A DNA stretch of 60,735 nucleotides from a virus (Duplodnaviria; Caudoviricetes). The stretch spans positions 1 to 60,735 of the IMG/VR virus record IMGVR_UViG_3300042384_000237; one strand, 5' to 3'. Below, in pieces: positions 35,701-44,700 of this stretch (positions are counted from its first letter, which is position 1; each line of letters opens with the position of its first letter). Under the pieces are notes generated by a model. The model had not been told where the DNA came from. It was given only the letters and a program-made list of their open reading frames with translations, and did not search any database. The position numbers were made by a program, and so were the translations under genes.

Positions 35701-38700
35701 GTAAATACACCTGTTACGCCTTTCCATGCTTCTCCAATCAAGTTGCCTGCAGAATCTGTCCAACCGTTGAAGGTTGCAGAGATAGTATCTAGGTTGATGC
35801 CTTTTAAAGTACCTTTTACGGCTTTCCAGCCTTCCCCAATTAAATTCCCAGCATCATCATACCACTCGGAAATTGTTGCTACAACAAAATCTTTAGCAAG
35901 TTTCACTTTCCCTACAAGACCATTCCAAACATCGCCAATAGCATTCCCGGCTGAATCGACCCATTTAGATATTGTAGCCGTTACAGAGGGTGCATTGCCC
36001 GAATTCACCGTGCCCGTGACTGATTGATTACCACCGCCCATCCAAGTCACAACGGCAGACATTGAAGGTAGATTGCTTGAAATTATTCCTGCAACATTGA
36101 CGACACCATCCCAGACAAAGTTACCTGCTTTGTTTAATAATGCAGCTGTTTTATCGTAAACATTTATAACACCGCTCCATACCCATTTGCCAGTATCTGC
36201 AAAGAATTTTCCCACTTCTTTGGCTACATCTATAACGCCTGTGCCGATACTTGTTGTAGTATCATTATACATATTAGCAATTTGCTGCCACAGACTTGTG
36301 CCGATTCCCGCAGACATACTCAAATCATCACTTGCTCTCGTTAAGTCTTTAGCGGAGTCTATTAAGTCCTCGCCACCGATGACAGTTACGTCTGTCTGAA
36401 TTGGTGTAGATAATACGGGCGCATTTGAGAAGATAGGTGCTTGATTACTGAATGCGTTGGTGTTACCCAATAGACCGCCTTTAGCAAATTTGGGCATCTT
36501 ATCTTGATTGATCGCATCAATCAGAGTACCATATTTGGCGGTAGATTTAGCATTGATAACGAATTCACCGTTAGACAATCTTGCCATGATAGAATCGGAT
36601 GTACCAGTTCCAGGACCAGATATCGGCCCGCCTTCAGCTTTGCCACCAAAGAAGTTACCGACATCTTCTCGGAAGAAAGTGCCGACATCGCCAAAGAACC
36701 CACTAGTGGCTTTAGAAGCAGTAGGAACGCCAGGGATAGCGTTTAAGCCTTTCCCGAACATATTAAAGATGCCTTCGCCAAGACCCGATGCCATATTCTC
36801 AATGGCACCACCTTTGCCCATGCCTAATGAATTAGTTATCCCTGTAGAGAAAGAGTTAATAGTAGAATCAATTAAATTCTGTTTCAGCTTTCCTGCAAAT
36901 GTTTGGAATACTGACTCACCCTTATTTTTCTCGCCATGCATCAAACCTTTTAGCGCATCGTTGAAACCACCAGTTAACCCGGTTGCGAATGACATGCCAA
37001 CATCTTTAGCAACCTTTGCTGCAGCCATTGCTTTATCACCCATCTCCGAAATCTTATCACCGAGATCCAGGATCTTAAGTGAAGACTCGGTAGTAGATTT
37101 TCCAGCCTTAGCATCGGCTGCCATTTGATACTCTAAGTTAGCTTTCTCGTGTACCATTTTTGAAGCACTAGCTTTCTCTTCATTAGAGAGAAGTCCGATA
37201 TTTTCGGCGCTCATTCCACTATATGTTTGTAAGAATGCTGTTACGTTACCAGAAGCAGCTTCTTCAAACTTTTGCATCTCTGCTAAAGTGGTAGGTAGTG
37301 TACTTGCAGCCAAGCCTTTATTGGTACCTTCAATACCTGCAGCTATATTCAGCTTATCTTGAACTGATTGTTTTGTGGGTTGCCCTGTATTGATTGCAGC
37401 ACTCAAATTCAGCTTATCTTGAGCTATCTTAGCAGCTACTGATAATGCATAATTTTTAAGTTCTTCTGACATGGCATTAAATGCATCTTCAGTATAACCA
37501 GCCTCTAATATCATAGCTTTACGTTTTTGAAAACCTGTTACATCTTTGGTTTCCGCCAACGTCATGTCTGCTCTGTTTAGTGAAGCTTGATTTGTTCCAG
37601 CAGCTTTAACATTATTTAACCAGATTTCGAAAGATGAAGCAACTTCTGAACTGACAGTATTAACCTTCTGTGCAATATTGGGGAGTGTAGTCGATACGGC
37701 TTTTTCTGTTGCTGGTTGCGCAACACTAACTTTGTCAGCGATACTGATTCCTGGTTTAGCAGCCAAGATGCTACGTATATCCCAACCGCCTTCTTGCTCC
37801 GCAATCCCGATAGCCATTTGCTCATTAAGCTTTGGCTCTGCAAAATTAACCTTATCAGCAATACCAATCCCTATTTTGGAAGCTAAAGTTGCTGCATAAA
37901 GCACTGGATCATTGTGGTCACTCTTAGGTGCAAACTTAGCCGTAAATGCAGATAGCGTGTCTATACCGTGTCGCGTAGTATACCACCCAATTTGCTTTTT
38001 TAATTTTTCAACACCAGCTTCTATAGAGTCAAACTTTTGAAAACCTGGAGTACCGTCATAATTTTTGAGATTACCTACATTGCCACTGGCAGGGAATGGT
38101 TTACCTGCGCCAATCTTACTTGTTGAATCTGTAGCAGTAGCAGTGGTAGTAGGCGCACCAGTAACCGCATTCTTAAACTCTTCTACACTACTTTTAAATG
38201 TTTCATTAGATGTAGCAAACATTTCAAATGGTGTTGTAGCAGGTTTTAATTTGTCAGCTATATTAAGCTTGGCAAACTCGTCGCTGAATCTAGACTGCAT
38301 ACCGATAAGAATCTCATTTACAGGCATTCCTTGCTTTACGCTAGATGTTGCAAATTGATACATATCCCCTGACATTGAATTCAACTTCTGCAATTCTTCA
38401 GAGAAACGAATTGTCTCTGCACTACTTTGCAAAGCAGCTTTATCACCGGCAGACATTGCTGCATACTGTGTAGATGTGATGGACAGATCAGGTAATGCAG
38501 ATTTAATCTTATCGAAAGTAGAAGTAAACCCATCCGTCAAAGTTTCTCTTAATCTGGTTTTCATATCACCAAAGAAACCTAAGAAAGACGCATGAGATTT
38601 TAAATTCTCAAAGCTGGCAGCTAATGCTTCAGTTGCAGGAGTCATATCAGACTCTTTCATAGCTTCTTCTAACGCCGATTTATACTGAGTAGCTGTTGTT

Positions 38701-41700
38701 GATAGTTGTGACCAAAGTTTAGAAGGCAATCCAGCTAACACTGCTGTTGATAAGTTAATACCATAAGCTTCATTAACAGTAGAAATTTTCGTTGTAAGGT
38801 CGGCTAAACTTGCTTTGATTGCATCTCTGCGTTTCTCAGCGTCAGCTAATTGAGTATTCAAAGATTTTAATTGAATAGGATCTTTGTTAGCTAACTTAAT
38901 ATCAGACTGTAGTTTAAAGATGTTTGCATCAATAGAGTTGATTTCACTGATTAGCTCAGTACTTACTCTTTTAAACTTACGAGGAGCATCTAATCCAAAC
39001 TCAGGGAATGCAATATCTCTGTGCGCTATTGCGGCTTCAGCTTTGTCAAGTTCTTTTTCTAAAGCAGGTAACCATTCGGATTGAACTAAACCGCTATCGC
39101 CAGCTTTAACCATTTCGATTGCATCTTTTAGTCCTGAGATCTTTTTGATTGCAGCATCAGCCGAACCTTTGCCATAGTCTTCAAATACTTTAGCATAATC
39201 AAAACCAGCCCTTCCTAATTCAGCAGCAGATTGCTTAATAGATGCAAAAGGATCTGCACCGATTAATCTGTTAGTCATGACTCCAATGTCCGTTTCCATC
39301 TCTTGGATATGCGCTATTGCAAACTCACGCTGATTAACTAATTCGTTAAAGTGCTCTTGAGCTTCGGAATTTTCCCGTAAGATTCTGATATCCTCAGCCG
39401 AACCCGTCATCGAAGGTCTTGCTTTCAATGTCGGTAAAGGAATTGGCGTATCAATTAGTGCTCTTGCAGCCTTCGCTTTTATCAGATATGTATCTAAATC
39501 TCTTAAGCTTGCACCTATTTCTACATTAAATTGCTTAGGTATAATAGGAACTGCTAACGGCTTAATATTTGGTGTCAAGCCCTCGGAAACAAGAGGACTG
39601 ATTGGGATAATCGGTGAGAGCTCCTGTTGGAAAGGGTCTCCTACAGGTCTAATCATTTGAAAAGGATTGGTCGAGAGTCGAGGGCCTTTTGCATTAGGCG
39701 GAAGCGGTTTTGTCAAATACGGCGTGGCATTTACCATTGCCCCCATGCTTTGTTTTGAAAGCTCTAACCTTAAATTATTATCGACATATTTAAGAGCTTC
39801 TACATTTTTAAGACCAAACGCTTCTGCATTTTTAACAACTGTTGATGATGCATTTACATAAGCATCTGCAGCAACATCCTGTGCCATCTGAGCTTGTTTA
39901 CCAATAATAGATAACTGAGCGATAATTCTATTTCTCTCTTCAGCACTCCCTATTTTATCTAATTGATCCTTCAATCTTTTTGCTTCAAGACCTAAATCCT
40001 TCATACGCGCTAAAGCTATATTACCTTCAGATTCAGGTAACAGATCATCAGCTTTAATTGTTACATTAGCGTCTTTAAGATTGCCGATTAGAGAACTAAC
40101 CATTGTTTGATACAAATCGCTCTTTTCTAAACTTGCTTTAAGTTCTGCACCGCGTGCCACAAGTGCTTTTAACACCTGTTCAGCTTTCGTTAAATTCGCT
40201 GCATCGAGAATTGTCTGAGGATTATTTTTACCAAAGAATGTATCATTGAGTAAATTGGTTACAGTCTTCCCGCTTAAATCATGACTGACTTTTTCAGTAA
40301 AGTCCACTAAGTCATCGCTGGCTACTGAAAGGCTTGTTTTAATTGCGTCGTCTAGACCGGTTACATTACTTAGTGCTAGCGCGTCTTCTTCTAATTTCTT
40401 GAACGATAAGATACGCGCCTTAACCCCTTCTTGTGCCGGTGTTAAAAATGCGCCAGATTTGCTAACGTCGTCAGGTTTAATACGTGCAACATTTCCCATT
40501 TCAGTAGGGAGTGTTAATGCCTTGAATGCATCCTGAGCATTCATTCTTCCTCTAAATTTATTCATTTCGAAGCTACTAAAGAAATCGACGCCTTTTTGAA
40601 TATCAAATTTAGATGCCCTCGTCGCGGCTGCAGCATTCTTATTTAATATCTCAACTGCTTTCTCTGCATCTTTTTGTAGATTAGAAGTATCACCATATGA
40701 ACTGCCACGTTCTTTAGCAGTCTCTAATGCATCAAATGCTTTCTTAGCTTCTTCTATAGATTTAGTATATTTTTCATAAATACGTGGATCTTGGATATTG
40801 CTTTCTTTGATTTTGGTTGCATCATACTGTAACTTTAAACCGTGCTCTCTAGCTAAAGTAACTTCTCTCGCAAGCATTCCAGATTTAACATCTTTAACTT
40901 CTGAGTGAATACCAATGATCTTTTTGACCCAATCATAAACCTCTATCAAGGAGTCGACTAGACTGCCTGTACTACCCATTAAGAAGGATGCTAGCAGACC
41001 GCCTGCCAGTATTGCGCCGCCGAATGTAGCAAAGACTGCCGGCCCGATAAGTGCTGACAAGGACATTAACCAGCCTGTTACCATCGGAATAAGCATCATA
41101 CTGAACATAGAAGCTAAGCCTGCGCCGATACCTGCACCGACTTCTCCGCCAAATTTGTTACCGATTGCAGCACCGCCTACAGCGGCTAGCCCCATTACAG
41201 CAGTACCTGCGCCCACACCCGCAAAACCTTTTGCCAGTGAGCCAGACATACCAATGTTTGCTCTATTTGGATTCGCTTGATAATAGCCTAAGTAACCTTC
41301 TCTTGTTCTAGGGAAAGCATCCATTCCAGGCATTGTGCGATACTCTTTACCTCTTTGAGCACCCGTTAGCGAATCATATCTTTTAAGAACGTCTTCTTTG
41401 AGGATCTTATCACGAACTATTTGTGGAGTTACATGATCAGCAAGTTTCGCTCCAGGTGGTAATAAACCGCCTGCAACTTTAGCATTGAATGCAGCGGTTG
41501 CTTCTTGTGTTACAGCTGCCACTCTTGATTGACTTCTTTTCAAAGCAGTTGTCATTAACGCAGGAACACCCAGTCCAACAACCCAAGAAGCTACATCGAT
41601 AGTTTTACCGAAAGATTCAAAAGAACCCATGAAAGCTCTGGCATGATTTTTACCGGCTGCTTTTGATTCGTCTGTATCTTGTAAGAATGGAATTTTTAAT

Positions 41701-44700
41701 ACAATACCAACTGCGAGAGTTGCAAATAAAGCTTTCCAATTCCATAAGAATTTAGTCATTGACATTAAGCCAGCTAATACTTTACCCATTAAACTTAATC
41801 TAAAGGTTAAGCCATTTACACCAGTAATTGCGGCTGCAAGGTCACCAATCCAACGTCCTAAGAATTTGCCTGGAAGCGATTGCATAACACCTGCGGCACG
41901 CCCCATTGCCCACAACTCTTGTGTCATTAATCTTAATTTAGGTACAAAGTTTGCAACACCCCCATTAGCTAATTCTTTCCCTTTCTGTTGAACCACTTCA
42001 AGAGTCTTGAGCAGGTTCGGATACATCATGGTGCCTTTTTGTAAAGCAGTCGGCGGTCCCATGAATGTAGCTGAAGGTGGCTGTAACTTTTGTATTAAAT
42101 TCTCAAACCGAGAAGGTTTAAGTGCTGCCGAACGACCTCTTGCTGCATCCGCATTTAAAGCTGAAATAGCTGCTCTGTCTGCTAATACCTGTTTAATCTT
42201 GCTGGACGCGCCGGAAGCTATTGGTCCAAAAACTTCTGACAACTTAGTTGCAATACCGGCGACCAAAGGTGACATTTGTTTTAATGTAAGAAATAATTCT
42301 CTGACAATAATCCCCAAGTAACTCTTCATATTTAAACCAAGAGCACCTGCACCCGAAGACGCGGCAACACCTTGGAAAGCCATGAGTTGATTACCTAAGC
42401 CACTCAATAAGACCATAAAGAGACGCATAGGGCTTGCTAATGTTAGTAACTTAGCCAGCGGCACAACGAAAGCGGCAAATGCTGCAGCAACTGCAGTAAT
42501 ACCAAGGAATAAAGATTGACTTGGAGATAGATTCTCCCAGAAACTTTTAAGACCATTCGGTAGTGCGCCTAAAGCTGTTTCTTTTATATTTAAAATTCCA
42601 GATCTAACTCTTTCAGAAACATTATCATAAGCATACGCTGTCTTGTTAACAATCTCTTGTAAAACAGTTGTTCCTTCAGTTTTCCCAATAAAAGGAATAT
42701 TAGCTGAGAGACGCGGTATTGGCATTCTTTGATACGTACGAGTCCCGCCTGTTTTTGCAACTTCAGCTACTTCTTGTTTTTGCTGGATACCTTGGTAAAC
42801 ATCACCACCCATTAAATCTGGTGTCTCGGTACTTGCGCTTGCAGTATTAGAGTAGATTAAAGCAGCGGCAACCAATGTAGCAATTAATCTTCCAGGGGTT
42901 ATCACACTTGTTAAAGCACTAACAACACCAGGTGCAACTAACATTGCTCTGGCTTTTACCCATACAAAGAATGATTCAAAAGAATTGTAAGCCATCCCTA
43001 ACGCTGTTGCTGGAATACCTGTAGGACCAAATAAGAATCTGGACATAAACGAAGTAGTTCCCACGGGTGTCAATGCTGTAGTAAACCTTTCTCTTAATCC
43101 ACTAAATACACCGGCTAGTATTGAAGGATCTCTAATCATACTTCCAAGAGTCCCAAACATACGTGCCAAATTACCACGTATAGTGTTATCTGGAATTAAC
43201 GTGCTTAATGAATTCAATACAGGTCTAATAACAGACTCATTAATACGTGAGATACCTTCCGGTCCCATTAATGCTAAGGCAATCAAACCGCCTTGCATAT
43301 ACGCATGCCCTAGTGGGCTGTCATAAAAGACTTGATCAAACATTCCTAATTGATCGGCCATGAGGCCTACCATTGCACCAGAACTTACAGCATTACCGGG
43401 ACTAAAGAAAGATGAAGAAGCTCTGCTAGCGGCAGATTGTGGACGTGCTTGATAACCCATACCAGGAGGTAACGGCGGTCCCATTCCCACATTAGATGGA
43501 TTGGACATTAAGCGTGTCATATTATGACCAGCTACAGCTGTGTTAGCTAATGTGCCTGAGAAGAATGACCCTACTGCGCCTGCAATTTTAAAGACTCTCG
43601 AGATTTGTTTCTCAAAGATACCTAATGTGGATAACATTTTAAGCGCAGGGCCTCCGAAGAGTAATGCACCTAATAAACCACCAGCTGTACTGAATTGGAA
43701 TAAATCTAGAATACCATATACGATACTGGCAACAGTTCCAACAATCGGAATGCTCTTTAAAAAGCCTTCGATAGCTCCGCCAATAAAGCCTAAGAGATTC
43801 GAGATAATACCTGGCAGATCCGCTAGCAACCCGAGAAGAACTGTTCCAGCGACATTACCTGCAACTTTACCAGCTTCAACTGCAAAGCTAACACCAAATC
43901 TTAAATCAGCAAATACATTTGCAAAAGCCATACCAGCTAGTAAAGCCGCTCGTAAGAACACTCCACCAAGAAGAGATGTTATTCTGTTCTCTGGTAATAG
44001 TAAACTAACGAAAGCTAACCCGAACACATTTGCAAAAGCTTTTAAAGCATGCTGTAATTCTTCTGGTAACTTATCAAATAGCCCGCCAACAAAATCCTTT
44101 GCAATAGTGAAAGCTTTCTTAAAGTTACCTGTAGAGATATTAATTACGAAATCACTTTTCAATACATCAGCTACAACACTCTTGATCTTTGCAAAACTCT
44201 TAGCAACACCATCACCGATATCTGAGAGGATATTAGCTGCCATTGGCGAAATAGTTCTGATTGAACCCAGCATCTTTTGCAAATTGGTTGTTATATCTAC
44301 ATTTGAAATTCTATCAAAGATATTAACAATGACTTTATAAACGCCTTCAAAGACTCTGATAACATTGCCGGCAAATTGTTTCAAACCGCCATCAGTATTA
44401 TTTTTCAAATTCTTAGATGTATCAACTACAGTCTCAACCGTATCTGTCCACCATGAATTACCAATTACAGCGTCATATATCTTAAAGAATACTTCGATTA
44501 CATTCTTACCGAAATCAGCAATTGCTTCAAATGCGCTTTCTAGTTTACGAGTCTTTGCTTCAACACCATCAAATATTTTATTTATACTGTTGGCTAAATC
44601 TTTAACAGAGAAACTAATGTTAGTAGCCGCTTCAATCCCTTTGAATTTTTCACGAATATTACGCGCAAAGCTGGAGAATAAATTCTCAACATACTTAAGA

